A DNA stretch of 64,000 bases from Bacteroidia bacterium (GTDB lineage: Bacteria; Bacteroidota; Bacteroidia; NS11-12g; UBA9320). The stretch is from NCBI GenBank assembly GCA_016779945.1, contig JADHMR010000002.1, positions 2,083-66,082 of the forward strand, given 5' to 3'. How positions within the stretch are numbered: the first letter of the stretch is position 1; every line of letters starts with the position of its first letter. Below are positions 8,701-15,813 of this stretch, in pieces. The notes beneath the pieces were generated by a model that was not told where the DNA came from, made no database searches, and saw only the letters and a list, made by a program, of their open reading frames with translations. The position numbers and the translations under genes are program-made.

Positions 8701-9375
8701 GCAAGTGTTGGAGGGAATACATTCCAATATATCGAGGATAATATTAATACAGATTTGACACCTTTTGAGTATCAAGTATCTGCATTAAATACATGTGGAA
8801 CAACTATTTTTTCAGAAATTCATACGAGTATATTATTAACAGGTATTCAGGATGAAGACTTGAATTCTAACTTAATTTTTACAGATTACCTTGGGTGGCA
8901 GAATGGTGTATTTGCATATGACTTATTTTTAGAGGATAACGCAAATCCATCAAACGTATATCAAACCAATTTAAGTAGCAATACTTCGATTGTTTCTGTT
9001 CACGATCCAAAGCAATTCAAAAAATGTTTTAGAGTTAACGCCAAAGAGGATGGAGGCGAGCAAACAGAATCTTGGAGTAACGAAGTTTGCTTTTACTTCT
9101 TACCCACGGTGTATGTACCAAGTGCGTTTACGCCTAATAATGATAATCTGAATGATGGCTTTGGAGTTAAGGGTATTGCTATCAATCAATTTACAATTGA
9201 AATATATAATCGTTGGGGTGAAAAACTATATCAATCTAATGATATTGATGAAAAGTGGGTTCCAAACTACATGGGTAACGATATACAAGAGGGAATTTAT
9301 TTGTACCTGATCAATTACACTGATTTTAACGACAACAGTTACAGAAAAGCTGGAACAATTACATTACTCAAGTAG
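5779..9375 (+). CDS. giant secreted adhesin-like protein with T9SS type B (gliding-motility-associated) C-terminal domain
   Basis: GTG start with signal peptide (FSLLLFSGLTSSA). N-terminal THLLGG...YRDC module, six PKD/Ig-like repeats and an FN3-like region. C-terminus PSAFTPNNDNLNDGF...IEIYNRWGEKLYQS...GIYLYLI matches the type B CTD pattern. Confidence 0.8.
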   Translation: MRYKFLFKIVAFSLLLFSGLTSSATHLLGGYMNYEFLNIDPTSGNYRYKITFHVYRDCSGKVELDDQITLGVYLNDNNKSLNQQPTFKLVAKQRVQPPGSIECDFYRKNVCIEYGLYEGIISLKPYSEGYHITYTRCCRNVQNNIVQDGAMPSQGQTYYCYIPSTALQNSSPAFYGVPSPYMCVNDTNSFLFDAVDRDGDSLVYRFMRPYQGGSPASSNPSPAASLDTPLMRYKAGYTSLSPFGANGYTYIDKLTGYTELFSNQVGNFVVGVEVLEYRDGNLLGKIRMDLQIIVLNCISNNIPDISSSKGQRFEIEAGEELCFGVVAKDIDDDQVKLSARSEVFTNIPGTKATFKESVTDPTDLTYEFCWTPDCDADRDQPYNVYFTVEDDGCPPKFNYLDVSIKVLPFEGAKLMTGPTNVCEFSSHVYEVTDGGEESTFEWEIFNGKFIGDSTSETVTALWWEKSTGGMSPFIRVREISKNGCIGDWIKLDINIEESPIISEIIGKDTVCKEDINLTYSVSDNPGNTYYWETDNATIGSQNRNSIVLSGFNPPSFNIRVAEINAVGCTSDTFELEVYIIESSPDIEGPLIVCPNSSGIQYKAIGTSSSTYNWSIDGGTQTSGGTTNTITIDWGDEGMGEISVSEVNKFGCLSIPTVIDVSKSYILGSSVIDGPNEVCEFDKLVGYEVDSVFGSVYDWTITGGSQENGDSSYQIEVDWASSGMGNVRVIQRAYDSVNDRWCVSPPNNLPITIRPLPTANQILGTEELCQYGDTAVYMISGLPKSSYLWEINGSSDNIVGQGTNTIKILWDTPGNKTLSVIETTELGCSGSEVKLPITVNPKPTTSIITGPKTICPESSLNHEYSVTGDVNSTYNWDIQGALNTTGNLTSTVSIDWDLSESSGTLCVVELSDKGCLGDTQRLNVIFDKLNIDLRFVSVGFPDDQMIIDWQLLDNSSTSSFDIKKRVPGTVAWQNIASVGGNTFQYIEDNINTDLTPFEYQVSALNTCGTTIFSEIHTSILLTGIQDEDLNSNLIFTDYLGWQNGVFAYDLFLEDNANPSNVYQTNLSSNTSIVSVHDPKQFKKCFRVNAKEDGGEQTESWSNEVCFYFLPTVYVPSAFTPNNDNLNDGFGVKGIAINQFTIEIYNRWGEKLYQSNDIDEKWVPNYMGNDIQEGIYLYLINYTDFNDNSYRKAGTITLLK
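7027..8553 (+). repeat. six tandem ~85-aa PKD/Ig-like coding repeats inside the adhesin gene
   Basis: Each unit starts G(P/K/T)xx(V/I/L)C and contains Y-V...(S/N)TY-W-I..G...I-V-W...G-..-V......GC. The units begin at about aa 417, 506, 588, 673, 763 and 849. Confidence 0.75.
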
Positions 9376-9390
9376 TGTGAATTTAAAAGT

Positions 9391-10008
9391 CTAATAATTA
9401 AGTTTAATTACTTTTTTTGTTTCAAAAAAAGCTTCCGAGAAAAAATCACTTAGTCTGCTTTCCTTCCAGTTGAGTGTCTTATATTTTTGGAGTAATTCCT
9501 TTTTTTCGTCAACTAAATCGCCACCTTTAAGAAAGATATGTTGGCTATTTTTAGACGTTGAGTTTTTTGTTAAATGAACAAGTTTAATTGCAGGGGCCAC
9601 AGCCCTAGAAATAATAGTGTCATGTTTTTGTTTGATATGCTCAAAACGATCATTAGTTACGCTTACATTTTTTAATTCAAGTGAGTTAGCAACCTCATTA
9701 ACGACACGTATTTTCTTTTGAATTGAATCAACCAAATGGAATTTGGTTTCTGGAAAAATTATGGCAAGAGGTATGCCAGGAAAACCTCCTCCAGTTCCAA
9801 TATCAAGCACATTTTCGTTCACTTCAAAAGAGTGAATTTTAGCGATAGATAAGGAGTGTAAAACATGATTACAATAAAATTGATCCATGTCTTTTCTACT
9901 TATCACATTTATTTTAGCATTCCATTCATCATAGAGTTCCTTTAATCTACTCAATTTATGCAATTGATCTTCTGTAAGATCAGGGAAATAGCGGTGAATT
10001 AGTTCCAT
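9391..10008 (-). CDS. rsmG: 16S rRNA (guanine527-N7)-methyltransferase RsmG
   Basis: LDIGTGGGFPGIPLAI SAM-binding motif. 205 aa, GidB-like throughout. Confidence 0.85.
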   Translation of the reverse strand: MELIHRYFPDLTEDQLHKLSRLKELYDEWNAKINVISRKDMDQFYCNHVLHSLSIAKIHSFEVNENVLDIGTGGGFPGIPLAIIFPETKFHLVDSIQKKIRVVNEVANSLELKNVSVTNDRFEHIKQKHDTIISRAVAPAIKLVHLTKNSTSKNSQHIFLKGGDLVDEKKELLQKYKTLNWKESRLSDFFSEAFFETKKVIKLNY

Positions 10009-11117
10009 GTTTTTGGTTTTAAGAACGGTTTGATTAGACCGAATATAATGAGATAAAAAGTATAAAGTATGTCATAAATTGGAAGAAAGTAAGTGATTTT
10101 TCTAGCATTTATTTTCAGTGCAAATTTTCCAAAAATAACCCATTGAATTAGCCATTTTAGAAATACAAAACCTATAACTGTGTACCAATAACTTGGATAA
10201 ACTAGTAAGAAAATGACTACTGACGAAAACCATATGATTTGTGATAATGAATACAATCCTAACATTAGTTTGTAGATAAACTGGTATTCATTACTTGTAG
10301 ACATATGCCTGATTTTTTGTTTAACCCACTTTCCAAAAGACGATGGAGCATCTGAGTACATCAATGATTCTGTATCGAAGCAAAAACCGACTTTTTTATG
10401 GGCAGAAGCTTCTTGAATAAATAAATCATCATCGCCAGACATCATATGTTGGTGACTAGCAAATCCTTTATTTTCAAAGAAAACAGACTTTTTGTATCCT
10501 AAATTACGACCAACTCCCATATATGTTTTATTTCGATTGGCGTATCCTAGGTATTGGATGGCAGTATGAAAAGTTTCGTAACTTACTATGGAGCCAAGTA
10601 GGTTTGATTTTGTATTTATGGGTGCAACTCCTAAAATAATATCATTCGTTAAATATTGCTCAGACATGAGATTAATCCACTGGTCTGATTGGGGTTTACA
10701 GTCAGCATCAGTGAAAAGTAGATATTCATTCTCAGCGGCTTTAATTCCTATGGTTAGGGCAAACTTTTTCCCTTTTTGATATTGCTCCTCAATTTTCAGG
10801 TGAACAGGTTTCAGGTTATAATGGGTTAATGCCAATTTATCTAATAGTTCTTTTGTGCCATCATAACTTCCATCGTTCACAACAATTACTTCAAAATTTT
10901 TATAAGATTGATTGAGTATTAGCGGAAGATTTTCAATTAAATTTTCACGTTCATTTTTCGCAGCAATAATTACAGATATAGCTTGGTTAAAACTGGTATT
11001 GATGGATTCTGGGGTTTTGAACCTGAATAAAGTGAGATAATAAAGTATAAGAATCATTGAATTAATGACAATGATCAAGAAAATCAAAAATTGAGTGGTA
11101 TCCAAAAAATAATCCAA
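9999..11117 (-). CDS. membrane-embedded family 2 glycosyltransferase
   Basis: N-terminal TM segment. VSVIIAAKNERENL...EVIVVNDGSYDGT, FTDADC (DxD) and QKIRH (QxxRW-like). Several C-terminal TM helices. TTG start; the 3' end overlaps the rsmG start by 10 nt. Confidence 0.7.
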   Translation of the reverse strand: MDYFLDTTQFLIFLIIVINSMILILYYLTLFRFKTPESINTSFNQAISVIIAAKNERENLIENLPLILNQSYKNFEVIVVNDGSYDGTKELLDKLALTHYNLKPVHLKIEEQYQKGKKFALTIGIKAAENEYLLFTDADCKPQSDQWINLMSEQYLTNDIILGVAPINTKSNLLGSIVSYETFHTAIQYLGYANRNKTYMGVGRNLGYKKSVFFENKGFASHQHMMSGDDDLFIQEASAHKKVGFCFDTESLMYSDAPSSFGKWVKQKIRHMSTSNEYQFIYKLMLGLYSLSQIIWFSSVVIFLLVYPSYWYTVIGFVFLKWLIQWVIFGKFALKINARKITYFLPIYDILYTFYLIIFGLIKPFLKPKTWN

Positions 11118-11218
11118 AATGAAGCAGATTTAATTAAGTTTCAAGATTAGATATATTATTCATATTCCTGAAATATATTTTCCAACAAACCATACGAAAA
11201 ATTATTTGTAAAATAATA

Positions 11219-11246
11219 TTGGGAGTATAATAAAAGTGTATTTTTG
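11219..11246 (+). promoter_or_regulatory. candidate Bacteroidota-type promoter of the tRNA operon
   Basis: TATTTTTG (TAnnTTTG -7 box) at 11239..11246, 10 nt before the tRNA-Ser 5' end. A weak ATTG lies 17 nt upstream. Confidence 0.35.
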
Positions 11247-11256
11247 CACTCCTTTT

Positions 11257-11344
11257 GGTGGGATGGGTGAGTGGCTTAAACCAGTAGTTTGCTAAACTGC
11301 CGTACCTCTCAAGGGTACCCCGGGTTCGAATCCCGGTCCCACCG
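11257..11344 (+). tRNA. tRNA-Ser (anticodon GCT), long variable arm; CCA encoded at 11345..11347
   Basis: Hand-folded cloverleaf: acceptor GGTGGGA/TCCCACC, anticodon loop TTGCTAA, long extra arm, T-loop GGTTCGAATCC. Confidence 0.9.
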
Positions 11345-11377
11345 CCAGTAGGATTTGTTCTTTAAAGTGACAAATAT

Positions 11378-11451
11378 GGTTCCATAGCTCAACCGGATAG
11401 AGCAACGGTTTTCTAAACCGTAGGTTCCAGGTTCGAGTCCTGGTGGGATCA
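11378..11451 (+). tRNA. tRNA-Arg (anticodon TCT)
   Basis: Acceptor GGTTCCA/TGGGATC (with G-U pairs), anticodon stem ACGGT/ACCGT with loop TTTCTAA, T-arm CCAGGTTCGAGTCCTGG. Confidence 0.88.
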
Positions 11452-11463
11452 CTTCTTACACCT

Positions 11464-11538
11464 CGGGGTGTAGCGTAGCCCGGTTATCGCGCCTGCTTTG
11501 GGAGCAGGAGGTCGCAGGTTCGAATCCTGCCACCCCGA
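11464..11538 (+). tRNA. tRNA-Pro (anticodon TGG)
   Basis: Acceptor CGGGGTG/CACCCCG, anticodon stem CCTGC/GCAGG with loop TTTGGGA, T-arm GCAGGTTCGAATCCTGC. Confidence 0.9.
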
Positions 11539-11560
11539 CACTGATTATCAGTTGAATAGA

Positions 11561-11590
11561 GTCTCGCTTAACGGCGGGACTTTTTTATTT
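11561..11590 (+). terminator. rho-independent terminator of the tRNA operon
   Basis: GTCTCGC-TTAACG-GCGGGAC hairpin followed by TTTTTTATTT. Confidence 0.7.
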
Positions 11591-12056
11591 GCACACAATT
11601 TGCATAAAATAACCTTTTTAATTGATCAGTTCAACACCCTTGTACCCTTTAAACATATAGGCTTGCTTTATTTAGCCTTTATTCAGAATTGGGGAGGTTG
11701 TGTATCAAGTCATCAAAATTATAGATTGTTTGATATCCATCTTTGAACATATAGACTCCTTTATGTCCTGTTACTTTTTGGTTCTTCTTATAGAGGGATT
11801 GTTGATTTTGATATTGAGTTTGGATTGAGCCAATGAGGAGAACATCGAAATCAATAGAATTAATATGCTAGTTAACCACCTATTTATAATTGTAAGCATC
11901 TCATTTTCACAAAAATATATAAAAAATGAATGGAGATATTTTAAAAAATTAGAGAATAGCATATTATAAAGTTATTAGGGTATTGGAGTATGTTAATTAG
12001 CTTACAGTAAATATAGTAAATTAATAAATGATTGGATTTAATTAACTTTGAATTAC

Positions 12057-15000
12057 ATGAGGTCAAGTCTATTGTGTCTATCTACAATGTGTATTTTGTT
12101 AAGTTCAAATGCCCAGACAATTCGTTTTAATGAGGTAGTTTCCTCAAATTCAGTATATTTTGATGAGGATGGTGATTCTCCTGATTGGATTGAATTACAT
12201 AATTATGGAAATCAAGAAGTTAGCATTGCCAATTGGACTCTTACTGATGATATTGATGATTATGATAAATGGACATTTCCAGACATTACCCTCAATAGCA
12301 ATGAATATTTATTGTTATGGGCATCTTCAAAAGATCGATCGGCTATAAGCTATTCTCGTACCATAGTAAATCAGGGAGATAATTTTAAATATCTAGTACC
12401 CACTGACGAACCGAATTCAGAATGGAAATCTTTGAGTTTTAATGATGCAACATGGTCAGAGGGACCATCTGGCTTTGGTTATGATGATGGTGACGACGCT
12501 ACACTTATACCACAGGGTAGTACTTCATTGTACATTCGAAAGAAGTTTACAGTAGACAATTTATCAGATATGGCTTCTATGGTACTTGATATTGATTATG
12601 ATGATGGGTTTGTAGCTTATATTAATGGCGTGGAGATAGCACGAGCCAATATAAATGGTAACCCGCCATCATATCAAACTACAACAATTCAAGATCATGA
12701 AGCACAAATGTACAATGGAGGTATACCCGAACGTTTTTCTGTAGATGATTTTGCAACTATTTTAAATGAAGGTGAAAATGTAATAGCTATTCAAGCACAT
12801 AATGTTTCATCAAATTCATCAGATTTTACGATTATACCATTTTTGTCGGCAATTTTTACATCACCTAACAACTCAGGTGTAACTCCACCAGTAGTTTTAA
12901 ACCTTTTATCATCAAACTACCACACTAATTTCAGTATATCATCAGATTCTGAAATATTAAGCCTTATTGATAATACGGGTGTATTAGTCGATCAATTAGT
13001 TGTAGAGAATTTGGCTCCTAACACCTCAATCGGTGTTTCTCGAAGTTCTAATGATTTGGTGAGGTTTATTGAAACTACACCGGGTTATCAAAATTCCTCC
13101 AATGAATTTGAAGGTTCAGTTTCAAGCCAAGTGGTTTTTTCACAAAAAGGGGGATTAATTAAAGAACCATTTAATCTTGTTCTGTCTGGTAATCAAGCAG
13201 ATGAAGTTATTCGATATGAATTGGGAGGGGCCAAGCCTAACGAATCATCACCTGAATACACAAATGCAATTAGTATTAGTTCAAATACCAGTGTAAGAGC
13301 AAGAATCTATTCAGAAAATAAAATTCCCTGCCCAATTTATACGGAATCCTATATATTATCTAAAAATCATGAAATAGATGTGATGTTGTTGACAGTGGAA
13401 CCTGATGACTTTTTTCATCAAGATACGGGTATTTATGTGTTTGGGCCAGAAGGAACTTTTGATCAAAACATACCCTTTTTTGGTGCTAATTTTTGGGAAG
13501 ATTGGGAACGACCCATTCATTTTTCTTTTCATGAACAAGGAGAAGATACTTCTGTTAGTTTTAATGCGGGAGTTAAAATATTTGGTGGTTGGAGTAGGGG
13601 ACAAAATGGTCAACGTTCCATGTCTTTATTTGCTAGAGGTCAGTATGGTGATTCAAAGTTTGAACATTCCTTTTTTGATCAATTGCAATACGACGATTTC
13701 GAAGCACTAGTCATTCGAAATTCTGGGCAAGATTGGTTGCGTACATCTATGAAAGACATTACCCTAACAAGTTTGATGCGTGGTTCGGATTTGGATTTTT
13801 CTGAGCACAATCCAGTTGCGACATACATCAACGGGCAATATTGGGGAATGTACAACCTAAGAGAGAAGATAAATGAGCACATGTTGGCTGCCAAACACAA
13901 CGTTAATGCCGATCAAATTACAATACTGACCAATAATGCTGAGGTAATCGAAGGTGATAATGAAGAATATGTAGCATTGATGAATTATGTTGGTACAACT
14001 GATTTATCAATTAACTCAAATTTTGAATATGTAGAACAACGGGTTGATTTGAATCAATATGCTTTATATAAAGCAGCTAATATATTTTTCAATAATACAG
14101 ATTGGCCTGGTAATAATATTAAATATTGGAAACATTCAGAAGGGAAGTGGCGATGGATTATGTATGATACCGATTTTGGTTTTGGACCATGGTGGGATTT
14201 AAATAGTTCCGGTAATAATACCTTAAGTTTCGCACTAGAACCAAGTGGACCAGCATGGCCTAATCCATCTTGGTCAACACTTCTTTTCAGAAGGTTAACT
14301 AGAAACATTGGGTTTAGAAATCAATTTATTAATCGTTATGCAGATGAATTGAATACACGTTTTCTTCCAGCTAATGTGATTGCACATATTAATAAAATTT
14401 ATAGTTCTATTTCGCCTGAGATGACTGCTCATTACGAACGTTGGAGAACAGATCCTTCGCTTTCCTACTACAATGTCAGTATTGATGACATTGATGCCTG
14501 GATTAATTTTTATGTTAATGAGATTCGAAGTTTTGCTGTGAAACGTCACCCTATTGTGAAAGATCATATTTTGTCTGAGTTTAATTTACCTAGCTTTCAT
14601 CCCATAACCATTATCAATTATGATGTTTCTGAAGGTTTTGTGAATGTAAATGATAATCTCAATATTCAAGAGGATTCATGGACTGGAGATTATTTTGAGA
14701 CTGTTCCCATACAGTTAAAGGCTATTGCAAGACAAGGGTATGAATTCTCTCATTGGAGTGGTGATTTATCGTCTACTGATGAGATAATTGAAATAAGTTT
14801 GGAAGATGCCTATGAAATAACACCTAACTTTAAACCTGCGGAATCTTTGGTAAATCCTATAGTTATTAATGAGATAAATTACAGATCTAAAGAAAGTTTT
14901 GACACGGATGACTGGATTGAGTTGTATAATCCAAATGATTCATCAATAGATTTATCTGGTTGGACTATTAAAGATGATAATGATGCTCATATTTTCTCAA

Positions 15001-15557
15001 TTCCATCAGGTACTTCAATCGAGGCGGATGGTTATCTTGTGTTCGTAAAAGATTCAGCTAGATTTTCTTCCCAATTCCCAGAAATTACTAATTACATTGG
15101 AGAACTTGGTTTTGGTTTTGGGCGGACAGATTCTGTTCGATTATATAACGAAAATAACCTTCTTCATGACCAGGTTGGATATCAGTCGAAACTACCCTGG
15201 CCAACTTGTGCGGATAAGACGGGCAAAACCTTGGAACTTATCTCATCAGATCTTGATAATTTACTGCCTGAAAGTTGGAGTTGCATAAATTTACATGGTA
15301 GCCCTAATGTAATTAACGAATTGCAAACTTCCATACTTAATGAAGTTACGTTGTATCCGAATCCAGTTCGAAGTATTTTGACGATAGATGGAATACGAGG
15401 AGCATTCAATACTAAAATTTATTCTAATATTGGACAATTGGTACATTCTTCATCTAATGTCAAACAAATTGATGTGCATTTTTTGATTGATGGTGTGTAT
15501 CATTTAACAATCGAAAAAGAGGGAGAGGTAACAGTTAAAAATTTTGTCAAGTATTGA
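12057..15557 (+). CDS. secreted CotH kinase-family protein flanked by two lamin-tail domains, with T9SS type A C-terminal domain
   Basis: ORF from TTG 12048; ATG 12057 gives signal peptide MRSSLLCLSTMCILLSSNAQ. LTD 1 (IRFNEVVSSN...DWIELHNYG...WTLTDD), a beta-sandwich (FRKKF-type...DDGFVAYINGVEIAR) and a chitobiase-C-like module (IRYELGGAKPNESSPEYT). CotH core (WERPIHFSF...VKIFGGWSRG...LVIRNSGQDW...YINGQYWGMYNLREK). LTD 2 (IVINEINYRS...DWIELYNPN...WTIKDD). CTD VTLYPNPV...GVYHLTIE. Confidence 0.8.
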   Translation: MRSSLLCLSTMCILLSSNAQTIRFNEVVSSNSVYFDEDGDSPDWIELHNYGNQEVSIANWTLTDDIDDYDKWTFPDITLNSNEYLLLWASSKDRSAISYSRTIVNQGDNFKYLVPTDEPNSEWKSLSFNDATWSEGPSGFGYDDGDDATLIPQGSTSLYIRKKFTVDNLSDMASMVLDIDYDDGFVAYINGVEIARANINGNPPSYQTTTIQDHEAQMYNGGIPERFSVDDFATILNEGENVIAIQAHNVSSNSSDFTIIPFLSAIFTSPNNSGVTPPVVLNLLSSNYHTNFSISSDSEILSLIDNTGVLVDQLVVENLAPNTSIGVSRSSNDLVRFIETTPGYQNSSNEFEGSVSSQVVFSQKGGLIKEPFNLVLSGNQADEVIRYELGGAKPNESSPEYTNAISISSNTSVRARIYSENKIPCPIYTESYILSKNHEIDVMLLTVEPDDFFHQDTGIYVFGPEGTFDQNIPFFGANFWEDWERPIHFSFHEQGEDTSVSFNAGVKIFGGWSRGQNGQRSMSLFARGQYGDSKFEHSFFDQLQYDDFEALVIRNSGQDWLRTSMKDITLTSLMRGSDLDFSEHNPVATYINGQYWGMYNLREKINEHMLAAKHNVNADQITILTNNAEVIEGDNEEYVALMNYVGTTDLSINSNFEYVEQRVDLNQYALYKAANIFFNNTDWPGNNIKYWKHSEGKWRWIMYDTDFGFGPWWDLNSSGNNTLSFALEPSGPAWPNPSWSTLLFRRLTRNIGFRNQFINRYADELNTRFLPANVIAHINKIYSSISPEMTAHYERWRTDPSLSYYNVSIDDIDAWINFYVNEIRSFAVKRHPIVKDHILSEFNLPSFHPITIINYDVSEGFVNVNDNLNIQEDSWTGDYFETVPIQLKAIARQGYEFSHWSGDLSSTDEIIEISLEDAYEITPNFKPAESLVNPIVINEINYRSKESFDTDDWIELYNPNDSSIDLSGWTIKDDNDAHIFSIPSGTSIEADGYLVFVKDSARFSSQFPEITNYIGELGFGFGRTDSVRLYNENNLLHDQVGYQSKLPWPTCADKTGKTLELISSDLDNLLPESWSCINLHGSPNVINELQTSILNEVTLYPNPVRSILTIDGIRGAFNTKIYSNIGQLVHSSSNVKQIDVHFLIDGVYHLTIEKEGEVTVKNFVKY

Positions 15558-15574
15558 TGATAGCCTCAGTTGTT

Positions 15575-15597
15575 TAGTTTTATCAATTGAAAACTAG
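15575..15597. terminator. weak AT-rich hairpin between the CotH gene and the cobW-like stump
   Basis: TAGTTTT-ATCAATTG-AAAACTA, a 7-bp stem. No strong U-tract, so only a candidate. Confidence 0.25.
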
Positions 15598-15755
15598 TTA
15601 GCATAGACTCGTTCAACTGGCCATTCGTCTTGGTAACCCTTTTCCCAGTCGGTATTTGCTAGTTCTTCTTTGGTCATTAGACAACTTTTTAATGCTGTTT
15701 TAATCTCTTCTTGGTTCAAGCCTAAACCAATAAAAACGATTTCATTTTTACGATT
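15597..15755 (-). pseudogene. C-terminal remnant of a CobW/COG0523-family GTPase (metallochaperone-like) gene
   Basis: Minus frame ending at stop 15594..15596 reads NRKNEIVFIGLGLNQEEIKTALKSCLMTKEELANTDWEKGYQDEWPVERVYAN*. This matches the remembered CobW_C pattern (xxlVfIG.dld...i...l..CLlt..E......W..dpfP). No start codon and no GTPase domain lie upstream, because the susC promoter and gene begin there. Confidence 0.55.
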
Positions 15756-15786
15756 TGTATTTGAATAACTATTTTCTTTAAATTTG
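15754..15786 (+). promoter_or_regulatory. candidate Bacteroidota -33/-7 promoter of the PUL
   Basis: TTTG (15754..15757), a 21-nt spacer, then TAAATTTG (15779..15786, exact TAnnTTTG). The -7 box overlaps the TTG used by the ORF track, which favours ATG 15814 as the susC start. Confidence 0.45.
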
Positions 15787-15813
15787 TCAAAATTTAATAA
15801 AAAATATAATCAA

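Noticed and set aside
11498-11746. 82-aa ORF overlapping tRNA-Pro and its terminator
   Set aside because: It starts inside the tRNA-Pro gene. It is an artefact of the GC-rich tRNA sequence in an AT-rich genome.
11771-11962. 63-aa minus-strand ORF as a real gene
   Set aside because: It contains only a signal-peptide-like segment followed by a stop, and its continuation is in another frame. It is treated as gene debris and discussed in the findings, not annotated as a CDS.
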